Positions 1-12,103 of a stretch of DNA of 64,000 nucleotides are shown piece after piece. Positions within the stretch are counted from its first letter, which is position 1, and each line of letters opens with the position of its first letter. The stretch spans positions 39,742,001-39,806,000 of the forward strand of contig NC_058381.1 in the NCBI RefSeq assembly GCF_018350175.1, in the 5' to 3' direction. The notes beneath the pieces are model-generated. The model saw only the letters and a list, made by a program, of their open reading frames with translations. It had not been told where the DNA came from and did no database searches. Origin of the DNA: Felis catus. Taxonomy: Eukaryota. A program made the translations under genes and the position numbers.

Positions 1-1835
1 TCTGTGCTTGTCCAAGTAGCCTATTATATTTTTAATAGCTCCCAGCAGTTGAGGATGTGCCAAGACCTGTCACTGCCCCAAAGGGGAGGGCCTTAGCATC
101 TAGATTCAGGCTGACTGGAACCAGACTCTTAGGCATTAGCTCTTTAAAGTATGCAAATAAATATAGTTCTGTGGGACTGTAAGCATAAGCCCCTCTGCCC
201 ACCAAAGCCAGGTGATCTGGAGGTTTCCTCTGGGTAGCGGTTGCAAAAATAGGGGCTAGAGATGAGTGTATAAACCCTTTTCTGGGTCATACCACTAAGC
301 CGAAGCAAGACAGAGGGAAACACCAAGATGGTATTCATAGGCTATATTCCTTGAGAGCTGCTCAGCACTAAATGTGTGACCAGCCTGGAGCCTTGCCCTC
401 AGGCTGACGCTCCAGGATAAGCAAGCAGCCTCCTCTTCACAGAAAGACTTGGGGGTGTGCATTGTCTACATAGTGCCCTTGGGGTGGCAACCTGCCGAGC
501 AACATCTCCCCAGCCGCCACAGTCATGTGGGATGCAGGAACCCAACTCCTCCCCCACAGCCAGGCAATCAAAGGATGTCCCTTGGACAGCAGCTACAGAA
601 ACAGGAAGGCACCAGGCAAAAACCAGGGCGCCAGACTCCCTTTCAGGAGACATGGGTGCTCTGAAGTGCAGCAGACGGTGAGGGTGAAGACAGTGCCCAC
701 CCTCTGAGGCGTCTAGACAGGATCACAGGTGTGCGTTTCATTAGAAGCCTCAGGCACAGCCATGATGATCAGCTATTAGGCCTCTTCACAGAAAGACCAA
801 GCTCCTGGGTATGAACTCTTTCTGCTTTGTTTACAGCCCCGTGGGACACATGAGCGTTAGCCGCACTGGCTACACCAGGTGTCCTCTGGTAGCAGTCACA
901 AAAATCGGGGTGCCAGACAGAGGTCTGAGCTCCTTCCTGGGTGACACGGATTATTACACTCCCACGGGACCAGGAACACAAATTCCCCTGGCCTCCAGAA
1001 CCAGGCGATCAAAAGGCGTCCCCTAGAGGGCAGCGGCTGCAAAAACCCAGGCACCAGGTCAGTGTAAAGGCTCCCTTTCGGGAGATGCTCCTGCTCTGGA
1101 GCATGCGCAGAGGAGAGCGCCAAGATGGCGCCGGCAGCTTCGGCTTGGTGCTGCCCGGCAAGGGTGCTGGGTGTGTGTGGCAGGTCCTCGTGCCTGCCCC
1201 TCCGCCGCCCACGCTTCACTGTAAGCAGGTGAGCCCCCTTCGCTTGAAGTTTGAGCACTGTGCCAGCGCCGTTGGTTTTCGAGATTCGGTGTTTTGCAGG
1301 CTTCGTCGTTCAAGCGCGTGTCGGAACACTGGGATGCGTGAGGTGGGGGTGGAGCGCGCCACCACTGAGGCAGAGGCTCCGGGTTTTGAGTTCCCGCCTG
1401 GTTGCCGGTGGCTCCCAGGCTGGCGTTGATGGCAAGGTTGTGTCCCCGCCTCTCCTACCTGCCTCGGTGGCCTTGTGTATCACCTTCAGGTTTTTGTAAG
1501 AAGTTATTCCGAATGTCGCTGTAGGCCGGTTTTCTGTGGGTGGAGGGGAGTTCGGGAGCTGCCCAGTCACCATCTGGGTTTGTTTTTTTTCGTTTCTTTG
1601 TCGTGTTTTGTTTTGTTTGTTATTTTATTGAGAGAGAGCGAGCAAGACCATGCAGGAGCAAGGGAGGGGCAGGGGGGAGAGAGAGGGAGAACCTCGGGCA
1701 GGCTCCATGCCCAGCACAGAGCCTGACGTGGGGCTCCGTATCAGGACTGTGAGGTCACCACATGAGCGGAAATCCAGACTCTGTCGCTTAACTGACTGAG
1801 CCACCCAGGCGCCCCTCAGCCACCGTCTTGAACCA
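1..1835 (-). mobile_element. Old L1 5' UTR region (L1M/L1MA-type), interrupted near its 5' end by a SINE
   Basis: Plus-strand text ending '...GGAGGGGAGTTCGGGAGCTGCCCAGTCACCATCT[SINE]CACCGTCTTGAACC' resembles the antisense of old L1 5' ends. Contains degenerate ~60-bp internal repeats. Family from recognition only. Confidence 0.55.
1577..1815 (-). mobile_element. Carnivore SINE (SINEC)
   Basis: Reverse complement of GGGGCGCCTGGGTGGCTCAGTC head, (GA)n tract, T-rich tail, degenerate TSD CAGYCACCRTCT. Confidence 0.9.
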
Positions 1836-1869
1836 AAGCTTGAAAGTGAACTTTCGTATGACACTTTTT

Positions 1870-2088
1870 TTTTTAAATTTTTTTTCAACGTTTATTTATT
1901 TTTGGGACAGAGAGAGACAGAGCATGAACGGGGGAGGGGCAGAGAGAGAGGGAGACACAGAATCGGAAACAGGCTCCAGGCTCTGAGCCATCAGCCCAGA
2001 GCCTGACGCGGGGCTCGAACTCATGGAGCGCGAGATCGTGACCTGGCTGAAGTCGGAGGCTTAACCGACTGCGCCACCCAGGCGCCCG
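1870..2088 (-). mobile_element. Young felid SINE (SINEC_Fc-type)
   Basis: CpG-rich, diagnostic GACCTGGCTGAAGTCGG, perfect TSD TCGTATGACACTTTT. Confidence 0.95.
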
Positions 2089-2348
2089 TCGTATGACACT
2101 TTTTAATCAACGTTGTTTATCCAAAAGTGTTTTCATTTTCCTTCAATTTTGGAGGTGGTTTTTGCAAACTATAGAACTCTGGGTTACTTTTTTTTTTTTT
2201 TTTTATTTCCAGGACGTTGAAAATGAGATTTGATTGTCCTCTGACGTCCATTTTATCTGAATAGAAGTCTGACAGTCTTTTTCTCTTTGCTGTCCTCTGT
2301 TGAATGTGTATTTACCTCTCATTTCTTTTAAGATATTCTATTTGATTG

Positions 2349-2376
2349 TTTTTAAGTTAATTTATTTGTCGAGAGA

Positions 2377-2426
<50 letters not shown>

Positions 2427-2576
2427 CCCAAGCAGGCTCTGTGCTCACAGCCTGTGAGCCTGGGCTGTGAGCACAGAGCCTGATGGCAGGGCTCCATCCC
2501 ACAAACCAGGAGATCATGACCTGAGCTGAGATCAAGAGTTGGAGGCTTATCCGACTGAGCCACCCAGGTGCTGCCC
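2349..2576 (-). mobile_element. Carnivore SINE
   Basis: SINEC head reverse complement, long (GA)n, small internal duplication. Confidence 0.9.
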
Positions 2577-3124
2577 TATTAATCTTTTTTATTACATCAA
2601 TTTGATTATGATATATCTAGGTGGTGTGTGTGTGTGTGTATGTGTGTGTATGTATGTATGTAGGTTGTGTTACCTGCTTGGGATTTGTAGGTTAATAAAA
2701 TATATCACTAAATTCAGACAGTTTTCAGCCTTTGTCTATCCCAGTTTTCTACCTCAGTTTCCTATCACTGTGGAACTTCTATTTCATAATTGTTGGGTCA
2801 CTTGGTACCGTCCAACAGGAGGCTGCTCAGGTTCTGTTCATTTTTTTTCAATCCCTTTTTTTCTCTGTTTTAGTGTTGATAATTTTGATCTATTGTAACA
2901 TTATTTAAGTTATCTTAATGCACTGACCTCACTTCTAGTTGGCAGTTTCCAATCTGATATTAAGGCCATCTATTGAATTCTTTATTTCAGACGGTACTCT
3001 GTAGTTCTAGAATTTTTATTTGCATCTCTGTAATTTAAATAATTAAAATTAAAATTTAGTTTGTTATTATTAAATAAAAATTAAAAATTTGCTTTTCTGT
3101 TGAGTTTCTTCATCTTGTTCACTT

Positions 3125-3153
3125 AAAAGTTTTTTTAATGTTTGTTTATTTTT

Positions 3154-3184
<31 letters not shown>

Positions 3185-3347
3185 AGTGCAGGATGAGCAG
3201 AGAGAGAGGAAGACACAGAATCTGAAGCAGGCTGCAGGCTCTGAGCTGTCAGCACAGAGCCTGATGTGGGGCTCGAACTCACAAATTATGAGATCATGAC
3301 CTGAACTGAAGTCGCATGACTAACCGACTGAGCCACCCAGGCGCCCC
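3125..3347 (-). mobile_element. Carnivore SINE
   Basis: TSD ATCTTGTTCACTT; SINEC head and (GA)n. Confidence 0.93.
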
Positions 3348-4844
3348 ATCTTGTTCACTTTTTTCCTTTCACATTGTGTTCATCTTTCCCTATGTCCATG
3401 AAAATACTTATAATAACTGTTATAAAATTTTTGTCTGCTGATTCTAACATCTGTGTTATCTATGGACCTGTTTTTATTGGCTGCTTTTTCTCTTTATTAT
3501 GGATGACGTTTTCCTGTTTCTTCATGTGTCTGACAATTTTTAATTATATGTTGTTCATTCTGGATGATGTATTTTAGGAAGTCTTGATATGTTGTAGAGT
3601 GCTGAGTGTTGAGTTTTGTTCTGACAGGAAGTTAAATCACTGGAAGATCCTCTTAATCCTCTAAGCCTTGGTTTTAGACTTTTTGAGAGAAAGTATAATT
3701 TGGTGTGTTCTTTACTCAAGGTTGTACTTTTTACTCTTTTGGTGTGTCCTTCTGGAACATCAGTTGAGTGCCAGAGGTACTCGGAGAGCTTTGTCATCTC
3801 TAGGTGTACTGGAATTTCAGTGTCTGTTAGAATTGACTGAATTTTGGTATCTCCATTCAGCTTTTTATCCCCCAGCAGCCACTCTGTTAGCCTCATGAAA
3901 TTTCATCCTGTATGCATTCAACCAAGCTCTCTGCAAATACTTGATAAGAACTTTTACATAGACTTCTGCACCTTCCCTTATACATCTTCTTCCTCTCTAG
4001 AACACTGTTGTACAAATTCCAGCCATCTAAACTCTAGTTAGATATGCCACCTGTGACTCAAACTTGACATATCTAGAGCAGAATACAGTATTTCCTTTTT
4101 AAATTCTCTCTTCCTTCTCTGTTCCCATGCTCAGTTCGTGACATAATGCCACTGCCTAATCTGACAGCCTCTTCTCTTCCATATCCCTTTGACCACCCGC
4201 TTCAGTCATTTTGCCTTTGACTATGTCTTTTTCCTGTTTGTGACCATGGCAGCAATCTTAATTTCTTAATTGTTCTCAATTTTATGGTATCACAGCACTT
4301 TACTAACACTACTAATAGAGTACTTAATATTTTTATTACAATACAGTGCCTTGCTTCAATTAATAATTGTTAATTGCATGAAGGAATGAATGGGTATTGT
4401 GTTTGCATGTGCTTGACCTACTAGGCAGTCTGCTCATTTTGAGCAGGGACAATAAAATCCAGGCACATCATTAGGTATTTAAAAATGTTTACTGAATGAA
4501 TAATGACATTATGAGGTTACTAATTTTTTTTTTTTAACATAAACAGATCAGGTCCCCTGGAGTTGATATGTTATATCTTCATATCATGTTCAGTATTTCC
4601 CAATATACCTTAAACCATTTTTTGGGGAGGACAAGTCAGGGAAAGTCTATTTGCAAGTGTGTTGATATGGTGGACCATTGCGTATGTGAGGCCATTTAGT
4701 TTTTTTAAAGTAACAAGAACAATGAAAGCAAGAAATACTTGTACTGTCACCATGTTTAGTTTTGCAGATTGTTCTTAGTTTTTCTTAAAATGCTGACTTT
4801 TGGAGTTAAGTACATTAACGAATTAATAAGAATAAACAAAAGTA

Positions 4845-5079
4845 GGGGCGCCTGGGTGGCGCAGTCGGTTAAGCGTCCGACTTCAGCCAGGTCACGATCT
4901 CGCGGTCCGTGAGTTCGAGCCCCGCGTCAGGCTCTGGGCTGATGGCTCGGAGCCTGGAGCCTGTTTCCGATTCTGTGTCTCCCTCTCTCTCTGCCCCTCC
5001 CCCGTTCATGCTCTGTCTCTCTCTGTCCCAAAAATAAATAAACGTTGAAAAAAAAATTTTTTTTAAATAAAAAAAAAAA
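4845..5079 (+). mobile_element. Young felid SINE (SINEC_Fc-type)
   Basis: GGGGCGCCTGGGTGGCGCAGTCGG head, GTTCGAGCC B box, A tail, 17-bp TSD AAGAATAAACAAAAGTA. Confidence 0.96.
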
Positions 5080-5131
5080 AAGAATAAACAAAAGTAATTG
5101 TAGACATTTGTGCTATGCCAGAGATGTAAAA

Positions 5132-5137
5132 TTTATT
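5132..5137 (-). terminator. Poly(A) signal AATAAA of KRTAP3-3
   Basis: TTTATT on plus strand ~350 bp past the stop; context resembles the other KRTAP3 3' ends. Confidence 0.7.
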
Positions 5138-5483
5138 AGCGTGATCATGAAGAAGCTCCTCCGTTTCCAGAAAGATGCCACCCAGCACTGGAAACAGAAT
5201 TCCCGAAGCACCCAAAGAAAGAGAAACTTTAGTATGGAGGAGATGAAAAACTTTGGGAAGCCTGTAGCATCCACCTGTTCACATTGCCCTGGGTCACTGA
5301 TATCTACCATATGGCCTTCAAAAGTCTCTTGATTTCTTTTTGAGGGAGAGTTGTCAGTGATAACATCATCCTTGTTCCAACTTGGAAAGCAGAGTAAGTT
5401 AGTTGCAGGTAACGAGACAGGTGAACACGAAAGCTTCTGGGTTGACTCTTCCAGCATCAGGCACGGAGCACAGCAGCCATCGC

Positions 5484-5780
5484 TCAGCAGCAGCTTGAGA
5501 TGCAGGGCTCACAGCTGGGCTGGGTATAGGTTGTGAGGTTGATGGACTCCAGGCACGGGGTGGGCTGGCAGGAGTTGAGCAGGAAGCAGGTGGGCACACA
5601 GGGCTGGGGAATGTGGCAGGGTGGGGGGCAGTTGTCACAGCAGGTTGGCTCCAGTAACCAAGTCGTGTGTGGGCAGGTGCTGGGCAGGCAGACTCCGCAC
5701 CGGCAGCATCTGTCAGAGGAGCAGATGGTGGTGGCGGGACCGGTGGGGACGCTGCAGCAGCAGGGGACACAGCAAGCCAT
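5484..5780 (-). CDS. KRTAP3-3: Keratin-associated protein 3 family (high-sulfur BIII type), 98 aa
   Basis: [23 protein letters not shown]...[35 protein letters not shown] is the KAP3.2/3.3 signature. GCCATGG Kozak, TATA upstream. 3-3 versus 3-2 assigned by position. Confidence 0.95.
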   Translation of the reverse strand: MACCVPCCCSVPTGPATTICSSDRCCRCGVCLPSTCPHTTWLLEPTCCDNCPPPCHIPQPCVPTCFLLNSCQPTPCLESINLTTYTQPSCEPCISSCC

Positions 5781-5869
5781 GGCGCTGGGAATCTGTGTTT
5801 TTAATTGATTTGGTTGTAACGATAGATGAAACTTCTGAGTTGTGACTGTCTCTCCTTTCTTTGAGGCCC

Positions 5870-5876
5870 TTATATA
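5870..5876 (-). promoter_or_regulatory. TATA box (TATATAA) of KRTAP3-3
   Basis: About 90 bp upstream of the ATG. Confidence 0.8.
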
Positions 5877-6576
5877 CCCTTCCCAGTGGGTGTTGGTCCA
5901 ACCAGAAGGCTTCTTTCCTGGTTCTTGTTTATATTAGTGTACCCATTATCCTTTGATTGGTTTAGATGCTTGTAAAGAGTCTGTATTCTCCTAATTAACA
6001 TTTATTTGAGTTCCTTGCTAAATCGGCACTGATTACTCTTGCTATTTGTGACTGGAACACAAGCTTTATGATGTGTCACCAAAAACTTCTGCTATTATAA
6101 TCCTGACACCAGCCTTGCTGGGAAATATTGTGTGATACTACACCCATAGTATGTAGGTCTTATCTCTGGTGCTAGTCTAGTGTTCATTCTCTTTACCTTT
6201 ATCTGTATCAGTTGTTCTGATGATGTTTTAAAAAGTTGAACTTAAGTTAGTAACTTTTTTTTTTTTTTTTTTTTTTTGCTTTGGGACTTTTAAAAAAATT
6301 ACATAATTTTTTGTTGAGATGTAACTAGCACATAACATTGTGTTAGTTAAGTTTTGGGACTTTTGAAGATCAAACTTACATTAATATGAAGAAATATGCT
6401 ATTGAGAAATATGGGCAGACTTTTAAAAAACACCTATTATTTCATTTTTGACTATACATATTTTATATTTATTTAAAAATTTGGACAGATAGTAAAGTAT
6501 AAAGAAAACTCACTCATAATCTTATCATCAAGAGAAATTCTGTATTCATACTTGTGTATATCCCTCTAGTCATTTT

Positions 6577-6784
6577 TTAAATGTTTTTATTTATTTTTGA
6601 GACACAGAGAGACAGAGCATGAGCAGGGGAGGGGCAGAGATAGAGGGAGACACAGAATCTGAAGCAGGCTCCAGGCTCTGAGCTGTCAGCACAGAGCCGG
6701 ACGTGGGGCTCAAACTCACGGACCGTGAGATCACGACCTGAGCTGAAGTCGGACGCTTAACTGACTGAGCCACCCAGGCACCCC
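6577..6784 (-). mobile_element. Carnivore SINE
   Basis: TSD CTAGTCATTTTT; typical SINEC body. Confidence 0.93.
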
Positions 6785-6922
6785 TAGTCATTTTTTTTAA
6801 TACATTTGTTTATCACTTTAGTACTGGAATCATTTTACCTATGGTTCTATAACTTGCCTTTTTTCTTAAACATACATATTTTCATTATCTTGTATTCTTA
6901 AATATATTTGATAATGTTATTT

Positions 6923-7141
6923 AAAAATTTTTTTAATGTTTATTTATTCTTAGAGAAAGAGAGAGAGAGACAGAGCATGAGCGAGGGAGGGGCAGAGCGA
7001 GAGAGGGACACAGAATCTGAAGCAGGCTCCAGGCTCTGAATTGTCAGCACAGAGCCCAATGCAAGGCTCGAACTCATAAACTGTGAGATTGTGACCTGAG
7101 CTGAAGTTGGATGCTTAACCGACTGAGCCAGCCAGGTGCCC
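6923..7141 (-). mobile_element. Carnivore SINE
   Basis: TSD GATAATGTTATTT. Confidence 0.93.
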
Positions 7142-7811
7142 GATAATGTTATTTTTAATATTTCCTAGCATTCATTATATAATTATACTTCAAAGTTACT
7201 TAAAATTTTTACATTATTAATCATTTAGGTTATTTTCAAGATGATAATTGTGGCAATAGTTAACAACTGTGGACCACATTAGGAGTCAGAAGAGCTCTTT
7301 ACTGGATCCAGTCCTTCTCATTGCCTTCCTTGTTATGCCAAATCATTCATTTTTTTAAAACCTTGTCTTTCTCCTCTTCAAAGTAATGATCATAATATCT
7401 ATATTCTTCCATTCAGAAGATTTTTGTCCATAGACAATCATAAAGTTGTATACAGAGATAAATTATTACCATCATTATCCAAGTAAGTTGCAGATCAAAC
7501 AAACTCAAGGTACGGAATAGGGGAAAGAAGCAGTCTAAAGAAGAAAAAAATAGCTGCAGAAAAGCAAAAGAGCAACCTTACAGGAAGTAGCAAACATTGA
7601 TCTGAAGGTTCACACCTACAGTTAGAGAAAACAGCTTGGATAGAAATTAATAACCTTCAAATTTTAACAAAGTTCTCTATGGCTCTGCTTGGAAGAAAGG
7701 ATTTGTAATCTCTGTTGGTATCCCTGGACTTCACCCAGATTTATCTTTGAGTGAATACCTGCCAGATTTCTCACTCTTTTACTGAGGACTGATTTATATT
7801 TTCAGTATTTT

Positions 7812-8036
7812 TAAAATTTTGTTTTAAAACTTTTTTCTAAAGTTTATTTATTTATTTATTTATTTAGAGCATGTGCACTAGGGAGGGGCAGAGACAGAGG
7901 GAGAGAGAGAATCCCAAGCAGGCTCCACACTGTCAGTGCCGAGCCCGATGTGGGGCTTGATCTCACAAGCCATGAGGTCATGACCTGAGCGAAACCAAGA
8001 ATTGGGTCCTTAACCAACTGAGCCACCCCGGCACCC
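7812..8036 (-). mobile_element. Carnivore SINE
   Basis: TSD TTATATYTTCAGTATTTT. Confidence 0.9.
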
Positions 8037-8842
8037 TTATATCTTCAGTATTTTAAAAATAATTTAATAAACATATATCCAACAGTTCCCATGTGCCAAA
8101 CACTGTGATAAATGTTGGATATAAGAGAGTGAACAAAATAGACATCATTCTTGGTCTCATGGAACTTGGAGTCTGATGGAAGGTTTATTGTGAATATATT
8201 ATTATAAGTTACTGTTATTGTATGTTATGATAGGAAGGGCTCTAAAATCATAAAAATTATAAGCAAAAGGAAATTATTTTGAGATTTTAAGAAAAACATC
8301 GCAGAGAGGTTTGCAGTTTCTCGCAGAAGTTCATGGCAAAAAGAGAGTGTTGTCTTACTTAGAATGCAATACTACTTTAAGTCAAGCTTATGAGGATAAA
8401 GAAATTGGTACTGTTCTGTGTAGAATGTTACGTTTCCATAATTATAAATAAGATTTAAAGTTATAGATTAGAAACTTATAAAATAAAAAGTTTATGATAA
8501 ACTCATCTCTTTTATTGAAAAGACATATAGTACTTTAATAAAATTTCTTTTCTTTGCCAATGGTCTAAGTGACCTGGGGATAACAATCCTTTATTTGTAA
8601 ATTATGACTGTGAATCCTAGAGAGGTGAATTAATTTGCCTTAGACGGTCTCGTGACTGACTTGTTAAAAAACTAAATATAGGACTTAATTGAGATTGAGC
8701 TACCTTTTTTGTGGTTTAAGTTTAGTATGTGTCAGAGATACTAAACATTCTATTTTAGAAATAAAGGGTACCCTTTTCCTTTGAGCGAATGCAGGAAAAA
8801 CATGGTTATTCTTGATTAGATAGATTTTCAAATTGCTGAAAG

Positions 8843-8845
<3 letters not shown>

Positions 8846-8891
<46 letters not shown>
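8846..8891. repeat. (AC)n microsatellite, ~23 units
   Basis: Perfect dinucleotide run. Confidence 0.97.
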
Positions 8892-8895
<4 letters not shown>

Positions 8896-8930
8896 CCAGT
8901 TTTAATTATACCGTCTATAATCATAGGGGG

Positions 8931-9462
8931 TGTGGGGAAGGAAAAATTTTTCTACCCTTGACGGTCCTTCAACTGACCGAAGAATTAGAGTTACATGAGA
9001 CAGATTAACAGGAAAAAATACCAAAGTTTATTATGTGCACACAGAAGCCCAATAATGGAATTGAGACCTAAAGAAATGACAAGGCAAGCAGTTTTTATAC
9101 TTTTTAGACAAAGAAACAATATATGAGGAATTGACAGGTCAAAGAAAACTTAACTTTGGGAGCTTCAAATAGTAAGGAATTGTAAACAGACTTAGGGCTC
9201 TGGTAGTAAATTAGTAAAAGGTAGCAAGGTTTCTTTATACAGCCTTCTCAGCTCTAAATTTCCTCTCTGGTGATAATAAGGATGTCTCTACCTCATTGTG
9301 CAGGGAGGGTACCTTTCCCATGGGAAATTTATTTCCTGCTTTCTCATGGACAGAGGAGGGTCTGAATGTGCTTGCATAGGCTGTTTCTTACGTAATTTTT
9401 AGTTACAATAATCAGTATGCCAAGATGGCACATTTTGGGGTGGCTTGCCCTTGACCCCTACA
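8931..9462 (-). mobile_element. Solo LTR (carnivore ERV type)
   Basis: TGTGGGG...CCCCTACA termini, near-TSD GGGG/GGGC, minus-strand TATAAAAA (9092-9099) then AATAAA (9027-9032). Confidence 0.65.
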
Positions 9463-9737
9463 GGGCTGTCTGTGATAGTGAAGACATAAACTAAAGGTTG
9501 ATAATAAAAAGAAGCAAAATATGATTGTTAGTTTCTTGCTTCAGAACTCTTTGCTTGGAGGTTTCAGGCTTAAAACCCTTTGCTTAAGGAGCCCCAACCT
9601 CAGAAGTCTTTGTATTTCTTCTCTCCTTATCCTCTCCTCCTCTTCTCCCCATCTTCAGTGCATTCAATTCATGAGTTAGTAAGGTGCTGTTCTGTCTGGA
9701 GCAGCCGCTCCTCACCTCTCCTGCCTGGTCATCTTTT

Positions 9738-9957
9738 TTTTTTTTTTTTTTCCAACGTTTTTAATTTATTTTTGGGACAGAGAGAGACAGAGCATGAATG
9801 GGGGAGGGGCAGAGAGAGAGGGAGACACAGAATCGGAAACAGGCTCCAGGCTCCGAGCCATCAGCCCAGAGCCCGACGCGGGGCTCGAACTCACGGACCG
9901 CGAGATCGTGACCTGGCTGAAGTCGGACGCTTAACCGACGGCGCCACCCAGGCGCCC
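9738..9957 (-). mobile_element. Young felid SINE (SINEC_Fc-type)
   Basis: TSD CTGCCTGGTCATCTTTT, CpG-rich. Confidence 0.95.
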
Positions 9958-10491
9958 CTGCCTGGTCATCTTTTAACACTTAGCCTGGATAGCTTGGTGG
10001 CTTTCCATAACTATCCCTCACCCTGACGCTGAATCACCAAATCTGGGTTTTAGTTACTCTTTCTGTGTGCTTGCATGCTGTGCTGCTCATATCTCAGTCA
10101 CAGCAGGAACCACATGGCATCATAAATATACCCATCTGCCATATGTAGGCCACATGTATTGTGATTACAGTAACTTGTCTGTTTCCCTCACCAGATCTGA
10201 GAGAAACTTGAGAGCACTTGAGGTAATAACATTTCTTTTATCTTTACATCCTTAGCACGGATATGATGCCTGGCACAAGGGAAGCACTCATGAAATATTG
10301 GCCAAATGAATGAGTGAATGAACTAAATCACTTGTTGGCAGTATTCTAGGTTGTGCCCCATGTACCCCATGGCTGCTAAATTCTGTTCATTTAAACCACT
10401 AATGAGCCTATAAGATCCTGTGAGCAATCTCATTCTTGAGGGACTGGACTGACACGCACACTAAGGGTATTTAGAAACATGTTTATGTATT

Positions 10492-10694
10492 TAAAAATGT
10501 TTTTTTAATGTTTGTTTATTTTTTGAGAGAGAGAGCATGAGCAGGGGAGGAGCAGAGGAAGAGGGAGAGAGAGAATCCCAAGCAGGCTCCACACTGTCAG
10601 CCTGGACCTGGATGCAGGGCTCAAACCCACAAACTGTGAGATCATGACCTGAGCTGAAGTTGGATGCTCAACTGACTGAGCCACCCAGTGCCCC
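10492..10694 (-). mobile_element. Carnivore SINE
   Basis: SINEC body, degenerate TSD TAGAAACWTGT. Confidence 0.9.
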
Positions 10695-11319
10695 TAGAAA
10701 CTTGTATATTTATAGGCACTTGCTGCTTCCCTTCCCTGCCTTTTTCTTTTTCACAAATACTCTTTTGGTTTTAGCTCAATACTTTTCAGATTTTGACTTG
10801 TGCCTTTATATATCAATGATACTTATATACATTATACATGCATCATACATACATACATCGTAATATGTGTTGTATATGTATTCTATGTGTGATCTTTCTA
10901 AGGCAGGGCAAAGGATAATCTGCTTAAGATAAAATGAAGTAGGCTGGTAAAAAGAAGTACAGTTAAGTCATAGATTAAATCATGTTTAATCAAGTTTTTA
11001 GCTCCAGTTCTCAGCCCATTTCGTAAAGAGTTTTGGCATTCTGTTGATGGTGGCCAGTAGAAATATATTCCTAGTGCCCTGCTACTGGAGTTGACCACTT
11101 AAGTTTTCTCTAAGGGAAATGAAGTTGAAATTGATAGGCCTACTAAGTGACTCGGTCTTAGAACTGAATACCTGCCACTTTTAATCTGTGAGCCACTAGA
11201 TCCTTTTCTATTAAAATTGGATGTGATGATTTTGTCAAAGATTCTTACATTTTATATTTCTCTTGCATGTTGTAAGTTGAGGCCATAACTGTCAGTTCAG
11301 CTTCTGGTCCTTAGAGTTG

Positions 11320-11530
11320 GAGGCTCTGTGATATGGCAGAAAGAATAGGGCTTTAAAGTCAGACACACGAGGAGCTGAATTCTGGCTTTCTTACTAAGTA
11401 ACTTTGAGAATGTTGAGTAACTCTTACAGCTTCATTTTTCTCATCTATTAGTGATGTTTTAAGGATTGTGTGAGTTAATAATGTGATTTCTTCAGCAAAG
11501 TGTAGGTTAAGTAAATGTTGGCTCACTTCA
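11320..11530 (+). mobile_element. MIR remnant
   Basis: 'AAAGAATAGGGCTTTAAAGTCAGACA...TTCTCATCTAT...GGATTGTGTGAG' MIR-like core. Confidence 0.55.
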
Positions 11531-11751
11531 AATTGCATTTGTCTGAGGAAAAGGGGAGAATGGAAAAGCTAACCAGTTTGAAGTTAGCAGCCTAGAAGCT
11601 AGCTAGTTCCAGTCATTCTTTTAGAAGGTTGTTCTGTTTTTTTTGTTAAATACAATAATCATCTTATCTTTTACCTTTTTTTTTTTAAATTAAGGAAATA
11701 TACCCAAAACTCTAACATAAACAAGCAACATATCTTGCCAGAGAAATAAAG

Positions 11752-11757
11752 TTTATT
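11752..11757 (-). terminator. Poly(A) signal of KRTAP3-2
   Basis: AATAAA on minus strand ~350 bp past the stop, inside palindrome AATAAAGTTTATT. Confidence 0.72.
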
Positions 11758-12103
11758 GGAAAACCCATCAAGAATTTTTTTTTTTACTCTGTGAAAATAT
11801 CCACTATAAGAAATGGGATCCAAGAAGCAACATGACCAAGAAAATATAGTCTGGGTTCTTACAGATTTCAGTAGAATTTCAATAATAGATGATGTTCACC
11901 TGCCCAAATGAACCAAATGGTTATTCAGGCAAATAACCATAAAGAAATTCTTGATTTTCTTTCCATTAAAATCAAAGGTAGGTTTTCCATATCTGGGCCA
12001 TCTGGTCTGCCTCAACATCATGATCAACTACTGAGGCAAATGAATACTGAGTAGACAGCTTTTGGGTTCTTCATTGTCAGGCACAGAGCAAAGCAGCCAT
12101 CGC

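Larger units (their letters stand above)
2105..4030 (-). mobile_element. Degenerate old L1 (ORF1-side) fragments interrupted by SINEs
   Basis: T-rich, L1-antisense-like composition and phrases; no intact ORF. Confidence 0.4.

Noticed and set aside
941-1429. 162-aa plus-strand ORF in the GC-rich patch
   Set aside because: Non-ATG start, no recognisable protein, within an L1 5' UTR-like region
4845-4930. A/B boxes suggesting tRNA genes
   Set aside because: tRNA-derived SINE heads with (CT)n, A tails and TSDs
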